Source of the DNA: the human T2T-CHM13v2.0 reference genome, Homo sapiens
Direction: 5' to 3' (one strand)
Assembly (NCBI RefSeq): GCF_009914755.1
Contig: NC_060926.1
DNA: 64,000 nucleotides
The position numbers and the translations under genes are program-made. Positions 47,460 through 64,000 of this stretch are shown in pieces (the stretch's first letter is position 1; every line of letters begins with the position of its first letter). The notes under the pieces are model-generated. The model worked only from the letters and a program-made list of their open reading frames with translations. It made no database searches and was not told where the DNA came from.

Positions 47460-47902
47460 TGTTGTAGGTTGCATCATGTCCCCCAAAAGGATATGTTGAA
47501 GTCCTAACCCCTAATAACTGTAAACGTGACGTTATTTGGAGACAAGGTCTTTGCAGATGTAATTAATTTAAGATGAGGTGTTACTAGATTAGTGTGTGCC
47601 CTCAGTCCAATGACTGGTGTCCTTGAAAGAAGGCTGGGAAGAGAAACAGCCATACGAAGATGGAGGCAGAGAATGGGACAACGCAGCTATAAGCCGAGGA
47701 AAGCCAAAGATTGCAGACAACCACTAGAAACTAGACAGAGGCAAAGAAGGCTTCTCCCCTGGATCCTTCAGAGGGAGCATGGCCCTTCTGACAACTTGAT
47801 TTTGGACTTCTAGCTTCCAGAACTGTAAGAGAATATATTTCTATTTTTTAAAGCCAATTAGTTTGTGGTGCTTTGTTATGGCTATCTTAGGAAACTAATA
47901 CA
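47460..47902 (+). mobile_element. MLT1B/C LTR
   Basis: 'tgttgtaggttgcatcatgtccccc...gagggagcatggccc...ggaaactaataca'. Confidence 0.88.
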
Positions 47903-48693
47903 AGTACTTTCATGTGCATTAATCATTTATTCCTGGTATTGCTACCTACTGCATTCCCAGCACTTATCAGAGTTCTTGGAAGCATAATAAGAGCTCAATT
48001 AACACATGTTGAATAAACAAGTAAATTGATTATGTGTACAATCTGTTTCAGTAGAAGTATATGAGTATTTTTTAAATCTATTTCAGTTGTTTACTATTTC
48101 AAAGGGTCCATGAACCTATTAATCTGTGCATGTGGACTTAATACATAATTTCTACCACATACATGTACTTCTTATATTAACTGGAGTTATACAAATAAAC
48201 AAAGCTAACAACTGATGAAAATTGCTCCCAAAAATGTCTGAATAGGTTTATACTTGTTAATAGAAAAATATGAAGATTTACAAAAGCAAGCATCTGTCGT
48301 CTTCTCTATATTCTCTCTGAAACTGTCAAAATTTGGTCAGTCATGCCAGAGGTGCTTTATAGCCACTACCACAGCCAAATACTCAACTGTAGATTCTGGT
48401 CTGTATAAATAGTCAACACAATTGACTTGGAAAGTAGGGCCAAGGAGGATATAATCCATTATCCTTACATATCTCTTGCTGCTGTCAAGATGTAGGAGTT
48501 GCCTCAGATTTGTGAAACAGATGGATCCTTTTGAATCATGACATCTTCATTTTTTCCAAATACTGTTCACTATATTAATGCTATTCTGCACAGGACTGAT
48601 ACTGTACTAGTTCCTAAAACAGTGTTTCTCAAAGTATGCTCCATGGATCACTGGCACCAGAACTGCCTTTTAAAGCTACTATAATTAAAACAG

Positions 48694-49034
<341 letters not shown>

Positions 49035-49540
49035 TCAGAGAGAAAGTTCAGAATTAAACCCCAATCCTCATAGAAATCTAGAATATGATTAAAGGGGCAA
49101 TTCAAATCATGGGCAAAATAATGTGGTATGAAATAGATTATTCAATAAATGCTATTGGGGAAACTGGGTAGCCATCTGCCAAAAAAATAAGTTGGAAACA
49201 AATTCTATATCTAGAATGAATTCTGTATGAAGTTTTAAATATTTTTTAAAAATCTGTAAAGGCATTAGAAGAATCTGTAGGATAACTTTTTGTGATCTCA
49301 GAGTGGGGAAGCCCTTTCTAAGTATTACATAAAACCCAGAAGTCATTCAATAAAATATTAATGAATTCAATAATAAACTTTTTATAAAAAACTGCCCTGC
49401 AGAAGTCATCAAAAGGTAAGTGAAAACATAAATGGCAAGCTAGGAAAAATATCTCATATCACAGCCAAAGGCTTAATTTTCCTAATATATAAAGAGCTCC
49501 TACAAGCCAATAAAATACTATCAAAATATTCAGTAAAATA

Positions 49541-50141
<601 letters not shown>

Positions 50142-53084
50142 TTACTCTTAAACATATCAAAGAATGCTCATTCTCCTTTCTCATAACAAAAGAAATGTAA
50201 ATTTAAACAGCACTGAAATACTATTTTTGACCATATTGGCAAAGATAAAAAGTTTGATAACGCACTTTGTTGGCTTTGTTGGCTTAAGCTTGTGGGAAAG
50301 CGGCACTCATGCCTGTAGGAGTGTAAACTGATGTAACTTCTGTGAAGGGCAATTTGGCAATATCTATCAAAGTTACAGAATCACTTGTCATTTAGCCCAG
50401 CAATTCCACTTCTAATAATTTATCCAGATATAATCACTAGTTTGTGAAATTACATATATACATGGTTACTCATTGTTACATTGTTTACAGTTGGAAGAGA
50501 TTAGAAAGAACCTACATGCTCACCAGCAGTGGATTGTTAAATGAATTATGTATACTCCTACAATAGTATACTATATGTTATCAACAAAAGGAGGAAAATT
50601 TATATACTGGTACAGCTTAATCTCAAAGAAACATTGTTAAGTAGAGGAAAAAAGTAAGGCTGAGAATGGTGTATATGGTATGTTACCATGTGAATGAAAA
50701 GAGAAATGCAGTTTTTGCTTAATATGCGTAGAATATTTCTGGAAAGGTATACAAGAAAAATGTAAGATTTCTAGACTGCAATCCCTTCCCCAGACCTACT
50801 GAGGCAGAATTTGTGTAAGCACTGGTTCTGAAGCTTACTGAAGTTTAGTAACCTTAGGGAGAAAAAATTTGAGGAACATTTTTGAGATCTGCTGCCCTAG
50901 TTCCAACAGATAGAATTTTATCTTGTTTTCAAACCAAGTCTACCAGTCCTAGTACCTTAGTTCTAATAATTAGGTTCCTATCCCTATTACCTCATTTTTG
51001 TCTCAGTAAACTACTTAGTTCCATCACATCCAATCTCTTCTTCCAGGTATATAGGGGTCCCAGGTCAAGGTATCTGGAAGCAGGATGGCCCTAAGCATGC
51101 ACAAAGCTGGCCAACAGCTCCTTCCTTACCTTTGAGCTGGACATCCTGGGAAGGAAAAATAATTCAATGGTCAGTTCCAAGGGGTGAGCTAAATGTAAAA
51201 CCAGAGCCCTAAGGTTTGTGTTGATAGCAAAGTACAGAGATGATAGAGGAGCAGGTTTGGAGGAGGTAAACTAGTGATGTCCCCAGAGGCAAAAGAATTG
51301 AAGAATGTTTTAAAGGAGAGTCAGTAAGCAAGCCACTGGTTGGGGAAATTCCAGATCCCTGGTTCTTCCTTCGCTTTCCAAGCATGATTGCCATCACCAA
51401 TACCCAGCCCTGAACTGAATCACGTGGCTGGGCCCCTGCTACCCAGTCTCAGACTTCCCTGAGCTGCCTACCACCCTGCCTAAATTTCTGAAGGCCTCCG
51501 ATTCCCACCAATCATGAAGTACATGCATGTACCTCCAACAACCAGCATTGTGTGGCCATATTTTTGGGATGCCTTTGCAGGACTGGATTCACTGCTAGCA
51601 GCTGCAACTTTATCAGCTCTCCAGTGAGTCTTCCCCCCATTGATTTGTTCTGGCCTCTAGATCCCAGCTTCCCAGGTCAATACTGTTAACCAAAGGGAAC
51701 CACACCCTATGGGGCCTCATAAGCTGGTTGCTATATGAAATTCATATGTCAAGTTAGATAGCAGTTTCTGCCTAGAGTGACTTGTCTGTGAAAACAGCTA
51801 ACCTGAAACCACATAAAAAGTGGATCACCATATTGTTGCAAATTTAATTCAGAGCAATGAACACCAATGGTACAAATATTTGGACAGTATCAGGCCAATA
51901 CAAGTACAGGCCCTGTTATCAGATGTCAGAAAAAGAGGGCAGGTAGGTTAATGGATAACAACTGTCAGAGGTTAGGACAGATCAAGGATATGTCAGGTTA
52001 AGCAATCAGAGTCCTGTGATATATAAATCTGATTCTGAGGCAAAGTCTGCCCCAGATCACACATTGCCAAGGCAGCATGTGATCCGAATTGAACTATGCT
52101 CAAAACTTCTCACTCAACTAAACAATTATAGGTGGCTAAAGAGGGAGCAAGGGAGTGGCAGAAGGTTCTAAACCTAATAGTAGGTACATATGCAGCTTGG
52201 TGTAGTGAAGAAAGCACTTGACTAGGTATGTAGACCTGAGTATGGTCCTGAACTCCTCTCTATGTCCCTTATTCCAGAAACCTCCACCCTGATCCCAAAC
52301 CTTGCCCAGTGGGGTCTTCTTGCTTTCAATTTAGCAAGCAGAAGTTTGTTCTACATCAGTCCTCCACCTGACTTTGATGGCCTAGAGTAGGTATTTGGCC
52401 CCTTTAGATCTGCTTGGTAAGGGAGCATTCCCGGGATTATTGACAAGCAATCACCATTAGTGATCTTGGCAACACTTCCATTCCTGAGAGCAAATAGCAT
52501 GTGTCCTTAGCAGCTGAGGCCCCCATCTGAGGTGTTTAATTTCCAAAGGGAATCTTGGTGCATGTTGGGCCTATAGAAACTTCTAGCTAAGAAAAGAGAA
52601 CCAGTTCTCTATATATGAAATGTCCTGGTCATATAACTACAATGAGACATTTTAAACCAGTTTCTCTTTTTAAAAAAGAAACAGAAATTTATTTTAAAAG
52701 AGGAACGAACAGCACTCTGGCTTTTGAGGACTTTACTTTTCCCCAATTCTGAAGGTCCTGTATTCAATCTGTGTATTGAAAACTGTGTTTTACTTTTCCT
52801 GGGGAAGTGGCCCCTGCCCTGGTTGTCCCCAAAATGTCAGCAATGTGGGTAAATGCTAGCAAAGTAGCTGTCTTCTGCTTTAGATAAAATTCTACCTGAT
52901 CTTTTTTCTCCTTTCTCCCTAACACAAGTCAGCAGTTAGCATAAGAAAAAAGAATCCAGAATTTTCTAAACATTTGACACATTAAAAGTCTCAAAACTCA
53001 TTTGCTGTTGAAATGTTGAGGTTTTTCTACCACAATTCCTTAACACACCTCCCTCCTGACCAGTCATCTTAAAAAGTAACTTTC

Positions 53085-53392
53085 AGCTAGGCGCAGTGGC
53101 ACATGCCTGTAATCCCAGCACTTTGGGAGGCCGAGGCAGGTGGATCGCCTGAGGTCAGAAGTTTGAGACCACCCTGACCAACATGGTGAAACCCCGTCTC
53201 TACTGAAAACATACAAAAAAAATTAACTGGGAATGGTGGCAGGTGCCTGTAATCCCAGCTACTTGGGAGGTTGAGTCGGGAGAATCGCTGGAACCTGGGA
53301 GGCGGAGGTTGCAGTAGCCAAGATTGCTCCACTGCACTCCAGCCTGGGCGACAAAGAGAGACTCCATCTCAAAAAGAAAAAAAAGAAAAGAA
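53085..53392 (+). mobile_element. Alu (S-type)
   Basis: Dimer, TSD aaaagtaactttca. Confidence 0.96.
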
Positions 53393-53446
53393 TAGATAAA
53401 AGTAACTTTCATTATTTAACTTCCTGCCTCAGACGTCTTTACATGT

Positions 53447-53620
53447 CAGGTGTGGTAGCACATGCTGGTAGTCCCAGCTACTTGGGAGGCTGAGGCAGGA
53501 AAAATCACTTGAGCCCAGGAGTTCGAGGCTGTAGTGTGCAATGATCATGCCTGTTAATAGCCACTGCACTCCAGCCTGGACAACTTAGTGACATTCTGTC
53601 TCTAAGAAAATAAAAATAAA
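53447..53620 (+). mobile_element. Alu right monomer (FRAM/J-like)
   Basis: Right arm plus tail. Confidence 0.85.
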
Positions 53621-53659
53621 TTAAACCTCATTGCTATTTAAAAAAAAAAAAATCTTTAA

Positions 53660-54160
53660 GAGTGCTCATGTCTTCAGGGTAAAGTCAGATTCCTTACCCT
53701 AGCATTCAAAGCCCTTCACCGTTAGGTCTTATTGCCTACTAGTCTCCTAAAGGAACTCATAGTTCAAGCCAGAGAGATCCGATCACTGCTTTTACAAAAT
53801 ATCTTATATGTTTCCTGATCCTCATCTCTGCTTCTGTCATTTTTCCTTCCTTTCCACTTACCCAACAGTTACAATTCTTTAAACACCTAGCTCAAGTCCT
53901 TCCTCCCTCATAATGGAAGATTACAGAGCCAGGGAGCTCTTCCTCCCTGCTATATTTGCATCACCTATTTGCTATCTGCTCCCATCATTTGGCGTGTTGT
54001 CTTATGACAGGCTTTGTATGTATTTTTAACTTGTTTTCTATTCTGCTCATGTACATATTTACCTTTTCAACTTTGATGTTTAACTTTAAGGTCAAGGATC
54101 ATATCTACCATTGTATTAGCACATCATGACTCACAATACTTACTAATTTCAACTAATTGA
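53660..54160 (+). mobile_element. L2 (degenerate)
   Basis: 'cagggtaaagtcagattccttaccctagcattcaaagccc'. Confidence 0.6.
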
Positions 54161-54174
54161 CAGTTTAAAGAGGA

Positions 54175-54475
<301 letters not shown>

Positions 54476-55282
54476 TTAAAGGGGAAAATTTTTTGCTTTC
54501 ATCTTTTCTTACAACCTTCCCTACTTGCTTTGTATCATGAACCATTCCAGTTGGAAGAGCCAACATTGTTCTTTCTGGTTGGAACTTGTGTGGAATTCCA
54601 GGTTTTTGCACAGAAAGGGAACACTCCAGGAGAGAGAGAGAAGGAAGCTCTTGTAGTACTAGGATGGCTATCTCCATGACTTCCACCTTTCATCTGTAGA
54701 TGTCCTCTCCCTCCATGAGCATGCTGGTGCCTCTTAAACACTCTGGCTCAAGGTAAACAAACACAAAAGGCCTTCCCTTGGACCACCTTCCCACAAAACA
54801 GACAGGCTTTATTGGACACTAAGGGAGGCCAAAAGAGAAACAAATGCAAAGAAAAACAAAATAAAGACAGACTCCTCTAATATAAATTTTGAGTCCTTCT
54901 AACATGAACTCAATCCCAAGGTTCTCAGGACTTGTCCTATTTTACAAGGCATCTACAGTGTCTATAGTCTATCCTCAAATAATGACAGCAAAAATTTTAG
55001 GCATACTCAGGGTCTTGTTTCCTATTCTCCAAATTGTGTCAGGCTGAAGTGTGACATTTTATGACCCACTATTCCCTTTTTGGCCATATGTCCTACACTC
55101 TCTATTTGCCCAATGTGGCACATCTATAAAACGAGGATAGTTATAAAGCTGATGTGAGGATTGAATGAGGTAATCCAGGTATAGCAGTTAGCATTCAGAA
55201 AGCATTCAGTAAATACTATTCATTACTATTTCACAAGCAAGACTGACAAAACTGACCTGTGGTTGAGAAAAGAGTGGGTTTG

Positions 55283-55568
<286 letters not shown>

Positions 55569-56446
55569 TGGGTTAGGGACAGGGAGAGAGAGACAGAGAG
55601 ACATTTCAATTTTAACCCTACTACCCATACCACTCATCTAGGGCACCTCCACCACCTCTTTCTAGTTTCTTCTTTTAAAAACATGACTCTCATGCACAAT
55701 GACTAAAGAGCACAGCTCTACTCTTTCAGTCCCAAACAACACTTACATCCTAATGTAGTGCAACAATTGTTACACTCAACATAGTAACAAAAGAGTCCAT
55801 TTTTCTAATGGTTCATTTCTACCAGTCCAATAGTCTCAATATTTTTTCTCACTGTGATATAATCATGCTAATTGTCCCAACTACAACTGTTCCACTCCTC
55901 TGTCCTTAATTCAAGACGGAATATCACAAGCATCTCTTCGCTTTCTTCCTGGAATGCTTGCAGAACTCATAAAATTGTTCAAACAGATCACCTTGTGACT
56001 TTGATAAAATCCTTTTCCCTATCTGCGCCTCAGTTTCCTCATTTGTAGGTAAGTGTATCTGACAAGATGATCTCTAAGGTCCCTTCCAACTCTCACCTTC
56101 TCTGTTGAGAGCTTTGAATGTTGGATTATGGAGTTTACTTAAACTCATAGTCAATAGGCAGCCACAGAAAGAAGTTGAACAAGAAAAGCATGTGATTGAA
56201 ATTATTAACGACGATATTTAGAAAGAATAGGAAGCACAGGGGAGAGAATTAATGAAGCTTGAACAGGAGAGATGGGTGATATAATGGGAAAGCAAAAGCT
56301 TCTCAGGCTCAGCAATCAATTGGATATAGGCAACAAGGGAGGCTGGGAGTCAAAGGATTGGTGATTGGGGTGTTACAGAAACAGAGAAGTAGAAAGAAGT
56401 CATGTTTTGAGGGTAACACAATAAGTTCTGTTTTGGACATATTCTA

Positions 56447-57330
<884 letters not shown>

Positions 57331-57699
57331 ACCAAATAAACAAACACATAAATGATCAGGGGAATAAAATGTATTAGATATAAATCATTGCTCTAAAAAT
57401 GGATCCTAAAGAATATTACAGGGATTTTAAAAATACAACATAAGAAGATAAAGCAAATTGGTACAGGAATAAATTAAAGAAAAAATGAAAACATCTTATA
57501 AATGAATGCTACATTAGCAACAACCAAAAATAGGAAAGTATGATAGAAAGCAGGTTAAGACATGAGGGAAAGGCTAGACAGACAGAATGAAACAAAAAAT
57601 ATATATAAATGATAGAGAAAGTATACAAAGGAGCTTCAACTCCTTAAAAAAAAACTCCTTAAAAAAGAACCAAGATTTTAACTAGAAAATTGCCATCAG

Positions 57700-58030
57700 C
57701 AAAAAGATCACATATTCCATAACCATGTAATTTTTAACCAATAACATACAAGCAGAAATCTTGTGTGTCACTTCAGAGATGTTTCCTTAATAAAGGGGTA
57801 GGCCCATTTATTTTTCCTTTATCCTGCTGCCTGACGGCTGGTACTCAAGCAGCCTTCTGGACTACAAGGACAAGGACCATTCTGTAAGAAATGGTGGAGC
57901 GGTGAACTGAAAGGGCTGTAGGTCTGTGATGAATTCATGGAAGCATCAGGCCAGTTCTGGACTTCTTCTATGTGAGGAGTAAATAAACTTCCAACTTGTT
58001 AAACTCTGTATGTAAGTGTTGGAAGCCTCC
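57700..58030 (+). mobile_element. Old MaLR LTR (MLT1J/K-like)
   Basis: 'tcctgctgcctg...gcagccttctggac...tggacttcttctatgtgaggagtaaataaac'. Confidence 0.55.
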
Positions 58031-58084
58031 TTATAATCAGCCAAATTAAATACAATAATTATGACAGTGGCTGCCATTTAGATC

Positions 58085-58109
58085 ATATATATATATCATC
58101 TAAATATAT

Positions 58110-58140
<31 letters not shown>

Positions 58141-58141
58141 T
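58085..58141 (+). repeat. (TA)n microsatellite, interrupted
   Basis: Visible TA runs. Confidence 0.9.
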
Positions 58142-59782
58142 TAAGGGACAGGCCTTCTCAAATTTGGGAGGAAAATTAAATGATGAAACTCAGCCAAAAA
58201 AAGTCAAATCAAAATAATATAGAAATAGGGACTATAGAAGCCATTAGGGAAGTATTAATAAAGAAAATTTAATTTACTTAAATATAAAACTAAGATTAAA
58301 TGAGAATTATGATTACAGACGAAAGGTGATAAAATTGAGAGTATGGTACAATGGTGAATATGCTGATTTTTTCATCTTGCATCACATTGGGTCAATAAAT
58401 ACAGTTAAAAATTGAATTTTAAAAGTTTTTTTAAATGATTCCTAGTTTTTTAAATAATTTTTTTGAAAAATATCTTGGAACTTCCATACTGAAGAAGCAT
58501 TTTTCTAAAGTTCAGTAATTCTTACAGTTTCACTTCAATTTTCTTTGACTTTCTTAAATGCAAGTATAACTAAAGTTATTATACCTTATTTTGAAATAGC
58601 ATATAGAGTAAGATTCTCATTTTTGTCTGCCAATCTATCATTCTACCTATATTTACCTACTTACCTCCTCATCTTTCTGTCTATATCTTAGAAGCACGTA
58701 GAAGGTTTTGACAGATCTTCAACAAACATCATTTTGTGTGAGTCTGAATGGTGGAATTTATTTTTGTTTGCATGTTTTAATAAGGATCATGTACTATTTT
58801 GATAAAATAGATCAACTCTGTAAAGCCAATTTTTTTTAAACAAAGGAATTCTCCCACTTTCTTCTGGAAAAGTTTTATAACTATGCACAAATGAAAATGA
58901 ATACCTGCTTCCATAACCAGGCACTAACAGAAATTATGTCCCAAGATTTTGATTTTGCTATAATCATGAACAGAGGTAGTAACTGCACAATAGCAACTTT
59001 GGAATAAGAAGTCAATATCCCCACCTCTTGTCGTACATCTTCCTGAAGGTAATACTTCACAATTGTACTCTAATTTTATTTTTGTCAAAGGAAATTTTTA
59101 ACCTCACAAGCAAATGTGTTTAAAAATAAAGTAGGTAGGGCATGTTTTATCCTCATTTCATAGATGGGCAAACGGCATCCAAGGTAACAGACCAAAATAA
59201 TGGCAGAACAGGGACTAAAACTAAAATATTCTAATTTCCAGACCAGATGTTCCCAGAGAAAGGCAGTTATTGTTATTTTCCCCTTGTTGAATATGACTGG
59301 TTTTCATGGCAATAAGATAACCTACACATACCCAAAAGAGCCATTGGTTCATAGAATTTTAGACTTGGAAAGGACCTCAGGGATTGTCTTAGGTAGGAAT
59401 TCTTCAGGGGGACCTCAGCAGCCTCCTCTCAAGCTGGAGTGAAGTTGACATGCCTCTAGGCTCCCATTGCAATAGCCAGAGATTTTTTTCTTCTTGCCTG
59501 ATTTACATAGTAATATTCCACATAAGATTTCATTTGAAAAAGTGGCATGACTTCTACAAAGAGGTTTAAAACCGCTGATAGTCTAATCTTACAGAAATAG
59601 AGAGGTGATTTAATATAATCATTGCAAAGAGAGGAAGTTTTAGGAAGTACCAACCAATTCACAGGAGAATAAGCAATCTTGAACCAAGCTTTATTTTGAG
59701 ACCGTGTGATATCATTCCATTTAGGAGCAGCTGCTTTTCTGAATTCACACTTCTCTTTTTTCTAAACCACTAGCTAACTTAC

Positions 59783-59927
59783 CCAAGTGTACAGACTGTA
59801 CAAATCTTATGTGGTCAAGAAATTGTAGATTTCATGCACGAACAGGAACGGAAGAAAATTTTCAAATGTCTTGCCTTATAATGTTTCATATTCTAACTTT
59901 GAAAATTGCCTAACCAGGAGCATCTGT
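59783..59927 (-). other. Candidate non-coding internal exon (145 nt)
   Basis: cacatttttaactgtag| ... tgg|GTAAGT; stop codons in all three frames. Confidence 0.3.
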
Positions 59928-60343
59928 CTACAGTTAAAAATGTGGATTCATTTTTAAGGTAGCAGGAGTGTTTTTTATTAGATATAAATATCACTATGCT
60001 TCTGAGATTGATGAAGTCAGTTATATTCAAGTTGTAGGCAATATAATTTACATGTATTAAATGCTTTACAAATTATAATCATTAAAGTAGTATTTGCTCC
60101 ATTAAGAAGGGCACACACTTTACAATGAGATATGCCCAGTCTTAACACTTAGTAGCTGGGAAACCTCAAGCAAACCTACTTAGCCCACTGATACTCAGTC
60201 TTGTAATCTGTGAAATGGAACTATTGTGAAGATTAGGGTGCAATGACAAATACTAAGTGCCTATCTATCTCTCAAATATACCTGTAAATTAGTTTGTACT
60301 TCTTAAAAATAGAAGTATTATAATCATAGTAAATATGAAAGGA

Positions 60344-60638
60344 TTTTTTTTTTTTTTTGAGACAAGGTCTTGCTCCTTCACCCAGGCTGCAGTGTAGTGG
60401 TGCAGTCACAGCTCACTGCAGCTTCTACCTCCTGGCCTCAAGTGATCCTCCTGCCTCAGCCCGCAAGTAGCTGGGACCACAAGCACATGCCACCACATCC
60501 AGCTAATTTTTTTTTTTTTCAGTAGAGACAAGGTCTTACTATGTTGCCCAGGCTAGTCTCAAACTCCTGGCCTCAAGTGATCCTCCCGCCTCAGTCCCCC
60601 AAACTGCTGGGATTACAAGTGTGAGCCACCATGCCTGA
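60344..60638 (-). mobile_element. Alu (J-type)
   Basis: Antisense dimer. Confidence 0.94.
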
Positions 60639-60970
60639 CTCTATAGGAAACCTTAAATGAAAGGATTGAGGGTTCAGTCGGGCACACACAGCATCCATGG
60701 AGAAGAATGGAGGGAGAAAAAAAGAATGAGGAAATATGTTTGGCTGTATGTAATGCAGAAATACTAATAATAGTGGCTAAAATAATAAGGGGTTTATTTT
60801 TCTCATGAATCAGGAGTCCAAACCCAGTTGCTCCCGGGCTAGTCTGGCACTACAATGCCTCAGGGAAGGCCACCCTCAACCATCTTTACCATACACTTGT
60901 GGATTCATTGTTGCAAGAGGGAACGTTTCAGGTAGACAGACGTAAAGAGTAAGGGGTAAAACTTGCCTCC

Positions 60971-61275
60971 TTTTTTTTCTTCTTCTAAGACAGAGTCTTA
61001 CCATATCACCCAAGCTGGAGTACAATGGTGTGATCTTGGCTCACCGCAGCCTTGAACTCCTGGGCTCAAACAATCCTCCCAACTCAGCTGCCCAAGTAGC
61101 TGGGAATACAGGCATGTGTCACCATGTCTGGCTTATTTTTTAACTTTTTGTAGAGACAGGATCTTGCTATGTTGCCCCAGTTGGTCTTGAACTTGAACTC
61201 CTGGGCTCAAAGTAATCCTTCTGCCTTGACCTCCCAAACGTCTGGGATTACAGGTGTGAGCCACCACGCCTGGCC
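60971..61275 (-). mobile_element. Alu (J-type)
   Basis: Antisense dimer, TSD ttgcctcctttt. Confidence 0.94.
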
Positions 61276-61360
61276 AGTTTGCCTCCTTTTAAACAGTTTT
61301 CCCAAAAGCCTCACCCAACAATTTCCACTTACAACTCAATAGCCAGAACTGGACCGTATT

Positions 61361-61722
61361 TGATGACACGGTTTGGCTCTGTGTCCCCACCCAAATCTCA
61401 TCTTGCATTGTAATTCCCACATGTCCAGGGAAGGACCTGGTGGGAGGTGATTGGATCATGGGAGCAGTTTCTTCCATGCTGTTCTAGTGAGAATGGGGGA
61501 GTTCTCACAAAATCTGGTTTTTTGATAAATGACTGGTCCTCTCTCCCCTCCCCACCGCCGCATAAGACATGCCTTGCTTCCCCTTCACCTCCCCCATGAC
61601 TGTAAGTTTCCTGAGGCCTCCCCAGCCACGCAGAACTGTAAGTCAATTAAACTTCTTTTGTTTATAAATTACCCAGTCTCAGGTAGTATCTTTATACTGC
61701 TGTGTGAGAAAGGACTAATACA
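61361..61722 (+). mobile_element. THE1 (C/D-like) solo LTR inside an older MLT1
   Basis: 'ggtttggctctgtgtccccacccaaatctcatcttg...tgtaagtttcctgaggcctccccagcc...ggactaataca'. Confidence 0.88.
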
Positions 61723-62354
61723 CATGGCTACCCTAAACAAAATCAAGATCATATCAGTAAGGAGGGGAGTAAGGATGAGTACTGGCTAATGACCCAGTAT
61801 CTACCACAGAGATGGACCAGACTTCACTAAGAAATATGATTCTGAACATCTGCAAGACAAATATTTACCAGGGATAATTATTAGTAGAAGAAATCTTTGG
61901 CATAAAACTTCTTACACATAGTGTTTGGCACACAAGTGATCTCCAATTATCTTCTCCAAGCTCTATGGCTATGTTTGCTTAAGTTCCACTTTTTATTATT
62001 TACTAAAGTCCACCTGTAATATCAACCCCAGGGCTTAGTGGGATTAAATATGGAAGCATCCATTTATTTAAAATAATTTTCTGTTTTATTCATTCCACAT
62101 AAGATGTAAGAATACTTATAAACAAATAACACTAAATGATAAAATAAATAGCTAAAGAGGTCATGTTGGAAGAGAAGAGCAAGAAAATAAAATCCAAGGG
62201 GAGTGACAGTCATACAAGGACACACAAGGCCCTGGGATTATGGGAGGGTTCCACAGGTATGGAGATCCCTTACCATGTGAACTCTAGCAATCTAAATATT
62301 TATATAAAGTCTGGTTTAAATGTTTATGAAAATTCACTATCCAAATAAAAAATT

Positions 62355-62886
<532 letters not shown>

Positions 62887-63253
62887 CTAAGGGTTCTTGT
62901 GGGCATCCCTCACATTGGTGTTTAGAGGTACCCCGGAGCAGAAAGTAAGAGGTACAGGTACACAGGCTCAGTGCAAGGTCACCATGCACAGAGTTGTGGA
63001 AGCTGTGGAACTGGACTCTGTGGCAGTGGCTGGAGGAGGTAAAGATGTAAAGTGGTGCTCAAGAGGCCATCAATTCACCACCCAACCCTTCCGAATCAGA
63101 CTTTCTCGGGTTGAAGGCTGGGGATATACATTGTTAACAGGTTTCCAGGTAATTCTTATGAACACTGACATTTCCAAAACCACAGCTCTTAACTGGGGTT
63201 TCTCAAATGCTGGTTCACAGACCTGCCACATCACAGTCCCTTTGGGTGTTTTA

Positions 63254-63871
<618 letters not shown>

Positions 63872-63886
63872 TGAAAATAAGGAGTG

Positions 63887-64000
63887 GGGCCGGGCACAGT
63901 GGCTCGCATCTGTCATCCTAGCACTTTGAGAGGCCGAAGTGGGCAGATTACTTGAGGTCAGGAGTTTGAGATCCTCCTGATCAACATGGTGAAACCCATT
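63887..64000 (+). mobile_element. Alu 5' part (cut by the window edge)
   Basis: ggccgggcacagtggctc... Confidence 0.93.

Overview
Primate genomic DNA (human-like, with AluY and LTR2 present), intergenic or intronic. I find no CpG island and no supportable protein-coding exon. The longer ORFs mostly lie in Alu, L2 or LTR sequence, or are unrecognisable. The window is dominated by interspersed repeats: about 40 Alu copies or fragments, old L1/HAL1, L2 and MIR, DNA-transposon relics and many LTRs. The LTRs include a full LTR-int-LTR MST provirus, three LTR8-family solo LTRs, an LTR2/HERV-E solo LTR, MER4, MER34-like, MLT1 and THE1. The only RNA-gene-derived feature is a 3'-truncated 7SK retropseudogene (49541-49779). 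Structure not explained by repeats: an ancient ~300-bp local duplication (30983-31290 / 42779-43080), a young 138-bp duplication (32330 / 33802), several minus-strand splice and polyA signals that could form a spliced lncRNA next to the LTR2 promoter, and two repeat-free islands with transcription-factor motif clusters. I found no novel multi-gene system. Repeat names come from recalled consensus sequences and boundaries are approximate unless a target-site duplication (TSD) is quoted. The locus could not be identified.
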